From Setoptus koraiensis (lineage: Eukaryota > Animalia > Arthropoda), in assembly GCA_048013815.1 (NCBI GenBank), contig CM106586.1, forward strand, positions 3,906,001 to 3,970,000: a DNA stretch of 64,000 nt, in the 5' to 3' direction. Both the position numbers and the translations under genes were made by a program. Below, piece by piece: positions 11,773 to 25,400 of this stretch; within the stretch, counting starts at the first letter, position 1, and every line of letters begins with the position of its first letter. The notes below the pieces were generated by a model, which did no database searches, was not told where the DNA came from, and saw only the letters and a program-made list of their open reading frames with translations.

Positions 11773-14700
11773 TGGCATGCAAACAGAGCCAAATGGCGAG
11801 ACTTGTGTGTCTGTTGGCCCTGACATTCAGCCTGTTTTGCGATGGCTCGGCCTTCGACGAGAACAAAATAAAAGCCAAGAATTATCGCCACTTTTGTTTG
11901 TTTGCAGCAACACTTACACTTGTTAGGCTCGTTGTTGTTGTTGTCGCCTGTTAGGGCGCAATAATTGCGCCATTGAATTGCAAATTGAGACGGCACTTGT
12001 GCGCTCGCGGGCCGCGATCACGAGCCAATAAACTGACTGATCACACTGATAGATTGCTGATTGACGGCGCCCGGCGGATAAATGGTTGATTGGCAAGGCA
12101 CACAATTAATTACGTATGTGCGCAGCGACACCAACAACAACAGCGACACCAACAACAACAGCGACAACAACAACAGCGACAACAACCGCCACCGAACAAA
12201 GAGTTTGTTTTGTTGTGAGCTGGCCACATTGTCTATCGCTTTCATTGCTGCCCTTGGCTGCTCGCTTGCCATTTGGCTCGCCCGCGACAACAAAAGTCGC
12301 ACAAAATCACTACGCGGCTATGCGTATATTCTGACAATTGATCGCTCACTGTCTGCATCTCACCTGTACTCTCTCACCTGTAATTAAAAGACTGTGTCGT
12401 CGGGCGTCGACACTGGCCACGTCGGCTGCCGGTGCGGCAGTGGCGACACCATCCGGATATCCGGACCTGCCCATCGCGCAGGGCCAATCAATCAAACGAG
12501 CTGACACAGTCGCTGAAAAACACGCCGGCCACGCTAACGACGCTTGCCAAGACGACTCGCAATTTATCCGTCTGACGTCGCGTCATTGAGTGAGTTGCGC
12601 TTTGAATAAATATAAAAGGTGATCGTTAATATTAATGGCCGCTGTTGTTTGCAGCGCCAGTTGCCAGTCTGCCACTGTCAGACAATTTAGCAGCGAGCTC
12701 ACAAGACGCGACCATTGAATAAAACACAAAACCATTTAGCGATCTTGACAACGATTATAATAAATCACATTGGCGCCGCTGACAGGCCCATCACAACGAC
12801 CGACGTAATGACGACCAGCCAAATGGCGCTCTCATGAGCCGGGCCGGGCCGGGCCGCCAAATTCATTCATGGGCCAGCTCGTCATTACATATATCGGTTG
12901 GCGCATATGCTCGTCCGAAGGGGGCCCGTTTGGGGCCCCTCTCCGGACCGTCTGAACCGTGTGCACTGTTTGCGCCCATCGGTGGGGCTTCGTCGGCACT
13001 GTGAGCAGGCCTCACTTGACTTGGCGTTCGTCGGTGGCTGTTCGTTTCAACTGTCGGCCTCGCGATGAGCGGCCAATAAGCGGCTCATCGCGTTATGGGG
13101 CCCAAACAGTTTAAATCTATCGGCACAAAATCGCTCATCCTCGTTGTTTTTCTGGCCGCTCGTTTGTCTGTCTCGGTGCTGGCGGCTTTGGCGAGCCAGC
13201 GAAAATCAATCGCTCAAATAAATTACTGTAATTAAATCAAAATAAATAGAAACAACAAATCGCGCAGCAGCGGCTTTTCGTTATTTTCTATTGAGTTGGT
13301 TGGTAACTAATAATAACTCGCTCTATTTGTTGTTTGTTGTTGAGCGCCCGTTTGGGCGCGCCAATCGACCCGTGCAACCCCTGTTGCCCGGCCCGCTCGT
13401 GGATATCCGTTGCGGCCGTCTCGTGTGTCTCGAGTGTCTCGTGTGTCTCGTGTGTCGGATACACCGGGTATATCGCATCGGCGTACATCGTGGGACGTGT
13501 CGGGCCGGCGGACGGATCGGGCCGGCGGGCGGATCGGGGGACATAGCGGACCCATCGGGCTGGCGGGCGGATCGGGGGACAGGGCGGGTATGCGCGACAT
13601 GTGCGCAGCCATACATTCGTGCCGGGCATACGCGGCGCACAAAGGCGCTAGCAACGCCAGCAGGGGCCCCTTTATATACGGCCTCTCTGGGCGGCGCGTC
13701 GTCGCTGCATTTTGCGTTTGTGCAGCCCAACTAACTGACTGGATAATGGGGCCCGGCGAGTGTCACTCACAAGTCAAAGTTGAGACGCTCAATGGAACGG
13801 AAAGGTATTTGCTCGGCAGTGTTGAGCAGCGCGCACCCCATTGATCTAGTTAGCTGTATCAGTGTCACTTGTCAGCTCGTCTCAGCTCGGCCCGTCGACT
13901 TGGCCGATCGATACCGTGGGCCGCTCGTCACTGGCAAGTTGCGGGCCTCTGTTTGTGTCACTTTCTGCCAACTTGTGCCACTCGACAGTCTGCCTGTTTA
14001 TCCGTGTTTCGCCACAGTTTATCCTCGCAATCGTCTGATGGCCACTTTGCGAACCCCCCCCCCCCCCACTTACTCGCGACTCGCCAATATTTCCCGACGC
14101 GCGCGCGCGGGCCGGTTCCGGGCCGCGGGAGGCCGCTCGCAGCGCGCACCGTCGGTGATTAAAGTCGGCGATCAGTTAAGCCGGCTATTACCAATCGGGC
14201 CATTATGTTTGATGTTTTATTTCGTTTGTTGCGCGCTGTCTAGAGTCGCTGTCTAGAGTCGCTGGCGGTTGTCGCTGTTGGCCGCCGCTCGTTGCGCCAA
14301 CAGCGATACAAGTCGACGTTACATAACTTATATTTGGCTTATTGTTGTCGCTCGGCATCGCGCCGGCTGAGGCCCGTCAAGTGTCGCATTGTCTCTGGGG
14401 CTCCATTGTTGTGCTCGTCATGTGCCTCTCTCTCTCTCTCGTGTGTGTGCCTTACAGTGCGCGCCATTGTGGCACACGCGCACGCAGTGTGCCGAAATTG
14501 TGCCAACAGCAACAGCCGCGTGAATGGGGCCCAATTCTCAAATGATGTATGCGAAGAGATATGTGGCGTTTGAGGCGAGCGGGTAACGGTGCGAAGAACT
14601 GCCCGACGGAACAGACAGCAACTGTGCAATTGTGTGCTGTTACAAGACGACAGGTCGGCTGCGCCGAACATGCGCCCAGCGATGGTTGTGTTGGCTGTGA

Positions 14701-17059
14701 TATATGGTCGCGAGTGGCGATATTATCATCATTGAAGGTTGCTCACTGATCATGCTGCGCGCCGAGTCGCGGCCACTGTTCACAGTGCGCACATTTTGCC
14801 GGGCGCTGGCGCACACTGCTCGATTTTGATCGAGCCCCGTGGCGCAGTATAAACACTTACAAGTTGTTAGCTGTAGTATATATATGTAGGCCGTATAAGT
14901 ATAGATAGAGCGCGGCGTTCGCTGGCAAGGCGGCGGCGCACACGCCAGCGGCCACAAGACGGCGCGACGGCCGCATCGGCGTGGGCAGTGCGGCATGGCC
15001 GGCGAACAGTCGGATATTCGCGCAGTCGGATATTCGCGCATTCGACTCGAATGATTCGAGCACTGGGAGCTGCCGGCGAGTCGGATATTCGGTGCGAGTC
15101 GGATAGTGCAAGTCGCATCGAGCCGCCTAATCGAGTCGGCGTCGCTCTAAATGAGTCGTCGCGGTTTGTTGTTTGCAGTGGCAACTACGAATTAAACATT
15201 AGCAGCCACGTTCATTAGCAGCAAGTCGTCGACAGTTTGGCAAGTTTGAGTTTGAGTTTAAGTTTGAGTTTCAGTTCGAGCTCGAGTTGTTGCTGTTGTT
15301 GTTGTTGTTGTTGCTGTTGTTGTCGCTGTTGCTGTTGCCGCTTCAAGTGGCTGCCAGTTTGTCCATATTTGTGTTACATCATCGCGTTTGATCGCAATAA
15401 TCGCTGCAAGCGCGTCTACGCAAGCAGCAGCAGCAGCATCTACACAAATAGACACAAACAACGAGCGCCAATGAGAGATCATCTCCATTGTGACTCAATG
15501 CACACACTCAGTCCACAGTTTACAATCCGATTCATCGAGACACAGCCAGCACTTGAGAATCTCAAAAGAAGCATCAACAACATTTGATAATATGGATAAT
15601 AAGGATAATAAGGATAATGTAAATAATGTGGATACTGTAGCCAACAGTAGCGTGAATATCCGACATGATTGATAAGAGCATCATCGGTGCTACTTGAGCT
15701 TGCCAGATTGCGCAACCAGCCAACAGTCAGCTGCTGCTGCCGAGATAACAACAAACAGTGAACAAATGAACGTAATGAACGAACGAATAATGAAATGATT
15801 CGCCACAACGACACAGCGCAACAACCACAGGCATTAGTATTATTTTTTTCATTTTATCCACGCTATCATACACGCCACTGTCAGTCGGTGTGGCCCACGT
15901 ATTGTTGGCTGCCGCCACAAGTGCAACATCGCTCGCAAGTCGCGACAAGTGCAAAATCACTGGCGACAAGTGCAAAATCGTTGCCGACAAGACACATTTC
16001 TCGCAACAGTCACAGATGCTAACGAAAGCCAGCAAAATATTGCCACCATAAACAACGCTGCGCACTTGTGATCGCCAAACAATGCAATTATGCAAATCAA
16101 CAAGCCAGACAACAACAACGACAACAACAACATCGACAACGACACTCTGCTAGCGCCCACTAGACAAGACAATCGAGACACCGACATGGCGCCCTCATAT
16201 CGCAGCACTTGACGGGCACGACACGCCGCGCCAAGCATGTCAAATGTCACCAGCGACAGCGCTCTGCTTTTCACCTGAACAGCGGCGACACCGACAACAA
16301 CCACAACCACGACAACCACACAGACAACAACGACACAGACAACAACCACACAGACAACAACGACAACCACACAGACAACAACCACAACGACATTACACAA
16401 CTGCAATTATCAATCTGCATCTGACAACGACCATGTGATACAAGGCGCCCGAGTGACACCGGCACGCAAATTGTCAATTGGCACACAATTGCAATAATTA
16501 TTGCGCAATTATCGCGACTCTTATTTATTGAATATTCGAATCAATAAGTGAAATTTATTTATTTATACTTCACAGCGGCACAGTATTTTGTTTGTATATT
16601 GTATAATTTAGTTATATGCGTTGCCGCGGCGGAGCGCCCGTCGACCAAGGGCCGGCGTTGACAAGAAAAATTGATGATACAGTCATGCAAATCATAACGC
16701 ATCTTGTTGCCATTTGTTGTTACTGTCACAAATGAGCGGCTCGCCAGGAGATCATCGCAACACCGACAACACAAACAAGGGCAATATTGGCGCCGCGAAT
16801 AGAGTAACAATTAATTAGTCAACTGTGGAAACAACAACAACAACGACAACAACGACAACAACGACAACAACGACAACAACGACAGTCATTAGTGGCAATA
16901 CTGGCTGTCAACTTGCGACTGGCAACACTGGCATATTGGCGAGCCCAGCATGTCGCGCAGCACAACACTAATTGCCCTGTCACCGGCACACTTGATCCGC
17001 GAGACAGTTGAATGAACTACACTAATTAATGACCCAATCATTACTCAAATCATCACAAC

Positions 17060-17094
<35 letters not shown>

Positions 17095-17293
17095 AATTGT
17101 CACCACACACGCATATTGAACAAACAGTTAATTAAGTATAAGTGTCACATGCGCCGGCAAGCCAATCAAGCGCCTAATGAGCGCTGAGCGCTCCACCATG
17201 GTCGCCCAAACAACAGTATAACAGTGCTCAACATCTGATACAAACAACAATATTACAACATAATACAACATATTGACAATACATGTAATAATA

Positions 17294-18712
17294 ATGTCGA
17301 TATTTGCAAACCAAAAGTTTGCCAATGCCAACGACGAAAAACTGTTCACCATATATCACCACTCACTCAAATTAGTGTCAGTGTTGCGCGCTATTGCTCT
17401 GTTGTGGATATTGACATTGTTACTGTTAATTTGCATACTGTTAGGCCAATCGCCCTATCCAAAGCTGTTGATATTCTACAGTGTTATACAATTTATAGCC
17501 TGTCCACTTGTTTACGTGACACTGTGGCGCTCGAGTTACAAATGTCAACACTACGACGACACCACTAACAACAATGCGACCGGCCAACAGCAACCACACG
17601 GCGTGCCGGCCACAGGCAAAGATGTTGCGCAACAGCAACAGCAGCAACAACAACCACAACAACAACAACAACCACAACAGCAGCACACAGGCAGCCGCCA
17701 TGTGGTTGTTGTTGTGGGCAGCACAACCAACAAGCAACGCACCACGGCCAGCAACAGTGTTGCGCAAGCGGAAGTGCCACTAGTCAGCTGCAACAACAAA
17801 TCGTTGGGCGTCAGAGTGAGGGACAGTTTGATATTGAGGCCGTTCAAAGCGGCCCAGCAAAGTGTCAGCAAAATTGGTTGTCGAACGTCAGCAGCAGCAG
17901 CAAGCAATGACAATGTTGTTAGTGGCACTCACAAGCAACAAACACAAACGGATAAAACGACGGATAAAACACAGTCACAATCGGAGCCAATCAGCAAGGC
18001 AGCGCAACTATGTAGGTCGGTGTCAGAGAAACAGAGCAAAGAATGGGAACAGCAATTTTTAGAGCAAGAGAATTTGCTGTTGAAAAGCATTAAATTTATA
18101 CAGGTGACAATGTTTTTGTTTTGTTTGATTCACTTTGCGCAAAGTGGCTACTCGCTTCTCATCGACTGTCCCATGAGGCCGGCATACGACGCTGTTGGCA
18201 GCACCGACAACAGCAACAACAGCAACAGCGACAACAGCAACAACAGCAACAACAATAGCAAACAACTAATCACAGCCAGTGTCATCTTGAGCGAGGGCCT
18301 GTGGCCCCAATTGATGGTGATTTACATTAGTTATACGCTGTTGGCCTTGACCAACAAGAAGGCCCTGTTATTTGGTGTGACGTTGCACATTGTTCACTTT
18401 GTTATGAGCGCCTGTACTGTAATTATCTACTCCAGCTACAACAACAGCAGCTACAACAACAACCACATCAACAGCAGCTACAACAACATCAACAGCAACA
18501 TCAACAGCAACAGTGACAACAGCAACCCGTTACATAACAACAGCGCCAGCATGAACAGCAGCCAATCGGGTGTTTTGGAGCACCTGTTCAGCATGGCCGA
18601 CAACATCAATTATTCGGGTGCCCTCAATAAATCTGATTTACTATTGACGTCAGCGCAACAAAACGGCCAAGCGCCCGATCAAACACTCGACCTGCTGGCC
18701 CTCTTACGACAG
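17294..18712 (+). CDS. ADCY2: Transmembrane adenylyl cyclase, exon encoding the M1 helical bundle (start uncertain)
   Basis: Track ORF 17273..18721 has about 5 hydrophobic helices, a KFxxxxxExLFxxY-like pre-TM motif and LWPQLMVIYISYTLL. Donor CAG|GTGAGT at 18712/18713 joins in phase 0 to IIANCAIY, giving the LRQ-IIAN junction. The subtype (ADCY2/Ac76E-like) is a best guess, and upstream exons are possible. Confidence 0.8.
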
Positions 18713-19391
18713 GTGAGTTAAACGAGTGTTGTGTGTAAACTTTGCCAAGTTTTATGTGACTTTGTATGATTAAATGTGATGATTTTTTGCGCCGCTAGAG
18801 CGACTTGTGACTTTTAACCATTTTGTGCGCTGTGAGCGCCCCAAAGCCATTACTTTGGCCACTCATCCGGCCTGTCAATGGCTTACTGTGAGCCAATATA
18901 TGAGTCGGCTGGCGCGCAGCCAAGTGGCCAAAGTGGCAAGCTTACAATATCGTTACAATATCGTGTGGGGCCCCCTCTCTGTAACGGCACACACTACACC
19001 TGTATACGGCACCTGTATACAGCTCCTGTATACAGCTCCTGTATACAGCATCTGGTGTACACAGTGCAATACAGGTGTATACAGGTGCTCCAGGTATCTC
19101 ACCTGTGCGCGCCCAGCTCACTTTACAATTGATTATAGCGGACGGCGCACATGAGGGGCCACTTTTCAATCAATAGTAATCCCCTGCGGCTCACTTGAGC
19201 TGCTATCATCGTTTCGCTCTAATGTGTCTGATCCCTGCTGCTCAACACGTAATGGGCGCACATTGGGCAGTGGCATCGATTGCGTAACGGCGTCGATTGC
19301 GTAACGGCATAGATTGCGCAGCGGCATAGATTACGCAACAGCATAGGGTGCTCGCTTGAGAGAGACACTTGAGAGGAACACATTTTTCGAG

Positions 19392-19416
19392 CAACAACAA
19401 CAACAACAGCAGCAGC

Positions 19417-19481
<65 letters not shown>

Positions 19482-19493
19482 CGACGACGACGA
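19392..19493 (+). repeat. (CAA/CAG)n microsatellite of about 30 units followed by (CGA)4
   Basis: Read directly; lies in cyclase intron 1. Confidence 0.95.
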
Positions 19494-20066
19494 CACGAGC
19501 GCCAAGGTGTTCATTTCGGCGCTTGATGAGCTCTGTCGGGTTGTTGTGTCTCGGCGGCTTGTTATATCGCGCGAGTTGTTGTACGGCGAGTTGTTGTGTC
19601 GCGACTTGTTATATAATCCTCATAATCCAATATCTTTGTTTTGTCTTGGCATGGCTGACTTGGCCAACGGCGGCAGCGATTTGCGCTATGGCTACTTTGT
19701 GCCAGAACGATTATTTTCAGGGTGCGATTATTTTCACACACACACACACAGTGTGTTGTCGTGTGTGTGTGCGTCGTGTTAAACTCGCAATTATACCCAC
19801 AAGAGAGCAAAAAAGGCAAGTCACGCGCCATGAAAAACTTGATAACGCTTGGCATTTTGGATGCAACTTGCAGTGGGCGCAAATATAAGCCACTAAATGT
19901 ATTCCGCCGGCGTGCATTAGTTACGTAATCTCTCTCTCGCTACGAGCTCATGTTTTGCGCTCTTTTAGCCCGTGTTTTGCCCCTTATGAGCCCGTCGGCT
20001 CTCTAATATATGTTCGAGCTAATATTTGGCTCCCTTTGGCCGTGTTCGGGGCCAAACGGGCCCACA

Positions 20067-20123
20067 AGCTCACAGAACAAGCTCACAGAACGAGCTCACA
20101 GAACGAGCTCACAGAACGAGCTC
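20067..20123 (+). repeat. 13-nt tandem repeat (GAGCTCACAGAAC) x4+
   Basis: Read directly. Confidence 0.92.
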
Positions 20124-21946
20124 GCAGGGATTCAATTGTTCGGCTGCCAAAATATGATCCGCTCGCAGTGTCGGATAACAGTGGCCAGCGACACAAGAAA
20201 TGCCTAATCGTCACTTTGTCACCACAAGTGAGCAATTGTTTGTCTCGATTCTCGCTAATATCACATCTGTGCACTCCAATCTCCACTCCAATGCGCTCGA
20301 CTTGGCTAGACAGCAAAACAGATAGACTCATCCGGCTCGAGAGAGAGATCGCACGGCAAAGACAGCGTGTTGTTGCTGTTGCTGCTGCAGCAACAAACGC
20401 GCCGCTGCAAATGCGCCCTCGCGGACAAGTCGGCTAATTAATAATGTGAATGATTGATTAGCCCTTTTGCATTTATTGTGTGTGTGTGTGTGTTGTGCCT
20501 GTGCGTTTAAGAGAGTTTAATTATAATTAATTATTTTCATGACGGCTGTCGCTGGCAACAACAGCAGCAGCAACAGCAGCAACAACGACAGCAACAACAA
20601 CGGCAACAGCAACAGTGCACACGCTCGATGCGGCGCCCCAGCGAGCAAATGAGAAAACAACACACATCCGAGTCATTTAGACGGTGCGTTATGGGGCCAT
20701 TAGGCCCATACTGCGCACTGATACGGTATCAGTGATACCCCGCACGCTGATACCGCACGCTGATGTTACGCAACTGATATTATTATGCCACTGGTATTAT
20801 TAAGCCGCTGATATTGTTGCGCCGCTGACATTATTGGGGGCGCGCAGCAATCGGCGAGCCATTGTTGCTCGTCCGCGCGTTTCCTGTCTCGGTTTTGTTT
20901 CACATCGTTTAGTTTTGTTTCGTTTAGTTTTGTTTCGCTTCGTCTTGCTTGCCACTGACGAGACCAACCGAGCGGAGAAGTTGATTTGTTGTTGTTGTTG
21001 TCGTCGTTTTGGTTGTTGTCGTCGTTGTTGTTGCTGTTGCTGTTGTTGTTGTTTTGGTTGTTGCTGTTGTTGTCGTTGTTGTTGCTGCTGCTGCAAGCTC
21101 AACTAACTGCTAGGGGGCGCCCCTTTAAAGTTGCGCGTCGCAACGCGTTCAAGCGCGTACTCTCACAACAGTTTCGAACGCGACACGCATGCCCCCCCCC
21201 CCCTCAGCCCCAAAGGCAACACAAGTTGCCGATCCGAGCAAAATTGTGCTAAAATCAATGTCTGACACACAATATCCACCCATTGTTACGCAATATTCAC
21301 ACAATATCCACACGAGGCGCTGATCAGCTGGTTACACATTACCCAATAATATACTGTGTATTGCGTAATGAAGGCGCATATTGTGTCATTGTTAGTGTGT
21401 TACCGAAATTATGCGCCCCGTTCACGGGACGAGCTCGTGCTTACGCACGTGCTATCTTCGGCGCAACCGTCGATCCAAATGTGAATTATTGGATTGTTGT
21501 TGTTGTTGTTGTCGTTGTTGCTCATCTCGTCATGATATGGCAACATAATTGCATAACACACATTGCGTACATTGTGCATAATCACAGCACAGGTAGAGCG
21601 CCAAACGACGAGCCAAAAACTGCTGCTAGTCGCACTGATAGTAATGTTATAATTTAGTGAATAATTGGTGAATAGCGGACAGTTGTGTCGCAAATACCCG
21701 CGCACGTAAGCCCATGCAGTGTGCGTATGGCATGTCGATGGGGCCCCAATCGCGGCTCGTTGCTCATTGTTTGATTTGCGTTGAAACAGTGCTCGCTGTC
21801 GGGATATCGCCGTCCAATTCAACGGTAACAAATCGCAACAAAAATATCAACATCAATATCTCAACAGCTCGCTTGCTAATCACCGAGCGCGCGCGTGTGT
21901 GTGCCATCAATTTGACTTGCCCATCGGGTCTCGCTTTCGCTCGCTC

Positions 21947-22016
21947 GCCGGCTTATTTGCGGGCCGGCTTATTTGCGGGCCGGCTTATTTGCGGGCCGAC
22001 TTATTTGCGGGCCGGC
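21947..22016 (+). repeat. 16-nt tandem repeat (GCCGGCTTATTTGCGG) x4+
   Basis: Read directly. Confidence 0.92.
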
Positions 22017-22358
22017 CCCACCGGTGGGTCCGTGGGCCACTGGCAGGCCCGCAACTCACCACTGATTAATCAGCAGTCAGTATGCCGGACAAATCAAGCG
22101 TGATCCAACTGGCAAACTAACTGCTGGTCAGCAGCGCCAACAACAACCGTTGCACCATGCACCCAGTTACTTGGTCCATTTACATTATTGCGCGCCCGCT
22201 GATCAAACAATAACTCACCTATCTCTTTGTACTTTTGGGGCCCCAACGGGGCCCCACCGATTGTAGTGAGGCGTTTGTCTTGCGCGAGCACACACACACA
22301 CACACTGTTGGAATACGCATTCCATTCTTTGCATTTCTCTTGCTCTGCTGCTCACAAT

Positions 22359-22430
22359 CGCAATTGGCGCAATTGGCGCAATGGGCGCAATGGGCGCAAT
22401 GGGCGCAATGGGCGCAATGGGCGCAATTGG
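22359..22430 (+). repeat. 9-nt tandem repeat (GCGCAATGG) x about 8
   Basis: Read directly. Confidence 0.92.
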
Positions 22431-25400
22431 GGCCAGCAATTCTGCAATCGGGCCGGCCCCAACTGGGCCAAATGTTTCCTCGTTGGGGCCGGCGAGCGGC
22501 CGCCCACGTCGCCCGCAAACGAGCTCCACATCTAATGATTCAACGTTGTGCGAGATAATTTATAGACATTTATAAAATGTTGTTTCTCTGGCGTCGTTTC
22601 TCGGAACCGCAGCGCACATCGGCAAACGAGCGCAACACTTTGTGAAAAACCCACAGCGTCGAGCAAACTGCCCCATTTATTACCTATTAGACGCTCGTTG
22701 GTTAGATTGGCGGCCGTTCGGAGCCGTTTGGAGCCGTTCGCGGCCGTTCGGAGTTGTCTGGAGCGGGCCAGAGATGCAAAATGTCGCTCTGTCAGAGATA
22801 TTGTTTGTGTGGGCCGTTATTGTCAACTTGAGGCGACTTTTGAGCATGCAAACGAGCTCATTTCGGCGTCTAGACACCGAAATGAGCCGCCGCAAGTAGC
22901 TGCCGCATAACGGTTGGGCACAGTTGACAAGCTCGTTGAGACAATTAAGTTGTTGGGTTCGATATCGGTAGCGGGTGCGTGCGATGCCTCTAAAGTACCC
23001 AATTAAATTGGGCCCAATTGAGCTTGGCGACGGCCCAGCAACGTGCCCGCTCGCCGCAGTATACCGCCGCAATATACCGCCACAATATACTGCAACAATA
23101 TAGTGCGTCCCGGTCGATGTTTGCAATGCAAACAAGCGTGCCATGTCGAACGTCCAATGTCTTGCCGGCGATTCTCATTACGGCTCTATTTTATTCTCAA
23201 TTCTCAATAGTCACAACGGCCTGTGACCGCCATACAGAGCAAACTAATTCAAACATATAAATAAATATATTCTATTACATGTGAGCAAGAATTTTGCGCC
23301 ACGTATCAATCAGATATGCACGTTGTTGGCGCAACTGCACGGCGAGCGTGGCGGCAAGTATTTTGCATATTTATTGTTTGGTGCCGCACGCGCGCAAGCC
23401 GGCAATCAGGAGACAATAGCGCGATACAACCGGAAGTTGCCAAGTTGCGCTACATCCGGCCCGGTTGTGTTGCGCTATTTTTGGCCATCTTCATCTAATC
23501 ATGCATCACGTATCCTTATCATGCGTACGAGAGCTCAATCTGGCCGACGAGGTCCGGCCGACGCGGTCCGGCCGACGCGGTCCGGCTGATGAAGTATTCT
23601 TTCTTCAGCGATGACAAACGATCGTCCGGGACAAAGCCGCTCATTACGCAACGGTCGCCCATGATGCACGCCAAACACAAGTGTGTCCGAGTTATAAACG
23701 TAATTGTGCAAATATGTAAATATCTCTCGCGTCGCCATGCCCGACTATCCATATATTGATGCCCGTGATGCATATACTGGTGATGACTCGCACGAGGCCA
23801 GTCGCCTCATTGCGCAACTAAACTGAAGATACAACTATTATTATTTTCATTTTGTTATTATGTTAATCGCACCATCGACAGTTGCCACTCTCCTTTGGCC
23901 CCATTCATCTGTCTTGAGTAGCAAATTCGCGCTAGCCGATACTTCACTGGCGCTGCCGCCGATAACTCGACTGCCGCCGATATCTCGACTGCCGCCGATA
24001 ACTCGACTGCCGCATTGTTATGTAATACGGTCTAACCAGCAAGCCAACAATAGACTTTTCTTCTAGAGTGCGCTTTCTCATAATACAATGATCCACCATC
24101 AGCCATTATTTGACCTTGACGCTAGAGGGCTCCAAAAGTTGCTTGAGTGTTTCGCCACCAAACACACTCACACTACCGAGCCGCCGACATTATACTTGAC
24201 TTTGCTGATTGTGCTGTCTGCCGCTAGAGTGTGCCTGTAGATTAGCATCATTAGGCTACTTTGTCTGGCGCCGGCGGAAGTGGAGTCAAACGCAAGCCAC
24301 TTTGGGCAACTCGGCTACCACCACGGCACGTTATGCCGCTTCCGCCCGATAAATGGCCGGTCGCGGGCAACGCTGGCAAACCAGAATGGCTGGCCAGTCA
24401 GAATGGGCGAGTGATCACCCATTGGCCGAGACGCACTTTCTGGCTGCTTAACGGTCGTGAAAACAAAGCAAGCGGCCCCATTTCGACACTGTCAAACGGT
24501 GAAACTGTAAAACATTCTCGTCTTGGCCGCTCGTTTGCTGAGCTTGTCACAATTACAGCATTACAGCACAGGTTGCAGCGGTCGCATATTGGCCCGATTC
24601 GGAATATTGTCACGGTATTCACGCGTGAATACCGTGACCATGTTCCGATCAATCGATTAGCTTCGATTTCTGCCTATTCTCAGACTGACTTGTGAGAATC
24701 TCAGTGTATGTAAGCTACCGTCGCGCCACCTATGTCGCCTCGCCCGCAAGAACAAGAGTGGTCAGTTGTAGCCGGAGGCCTTACAATAGCGGCTTGTATA
24801 ATTGTGTCGCGTTTGTCTTGCTGTTGTGTGATTATGTCTTGCCATTATCGAGTGTGATTGTCGAGTGCTGCGCCTATCAAAATGGGACCAATCATGGTCG
24901 GTTTGCATGGACGCTAATTGACTGGCGCTGAATCAATTGGCGCCACTGAATATTTGCCCACAATTGTCTTGGCGTTTGTGTGTGTGTGTGTTGTGTGTTT
25001 GGGGCGACAATAATTGAAAACGGGGCCTCTCTCAATTAAGCGCCGGTCGCACTTGTATGATGCAAGTTGTATTGTGGCGCGCTGGCCGCTCGCGACCACG
25101 AGCTGCCAATTGCATTGTTATATTTGGGTGTATTGGTGCAGCAAAAATTGGCTTTGTTGGCGCAAAAATTGGCGCGCAACGAGCGGGCGAGCTCGTGCGC
25201 GCAAGTTTATAATTATGCGCTTGCCACTGGCCACTTGCGTAACATCGGTTTGCGTCATTGGTTGGCGTCATCATTGTGAGTGTCGTAACAAGGCCCATTG
25301 AGCACCGTTGTTGGTGTTGTTTGTTTTGTTGTTGTCCGCGCGCCAAGCTGGCCGGCAGAGCGGCCGACGGCCCCACCGTAAACAAGTGCCACCCAATATA

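Noticed and set aside
19369-19782. Poly-Asn ORF nested in cyclase intron 1
   Set aside because: It is driven by the (CAA)n tract, with no convincing splice sites or motif.
23535-23738. Minus ORF containing RLCPGRSF, resembling the P450 heme motif
   Set aside because: It lacks the FxxG spacing and any other P450 motif or exon nearby, so it is probably coincidence.
24261-24695. 144-aa plus ORF in a repeat-poor patch of intron 1
   Set aside because: It starts at TTG and shows no recognisable domain or TE motif in the frames I translated.
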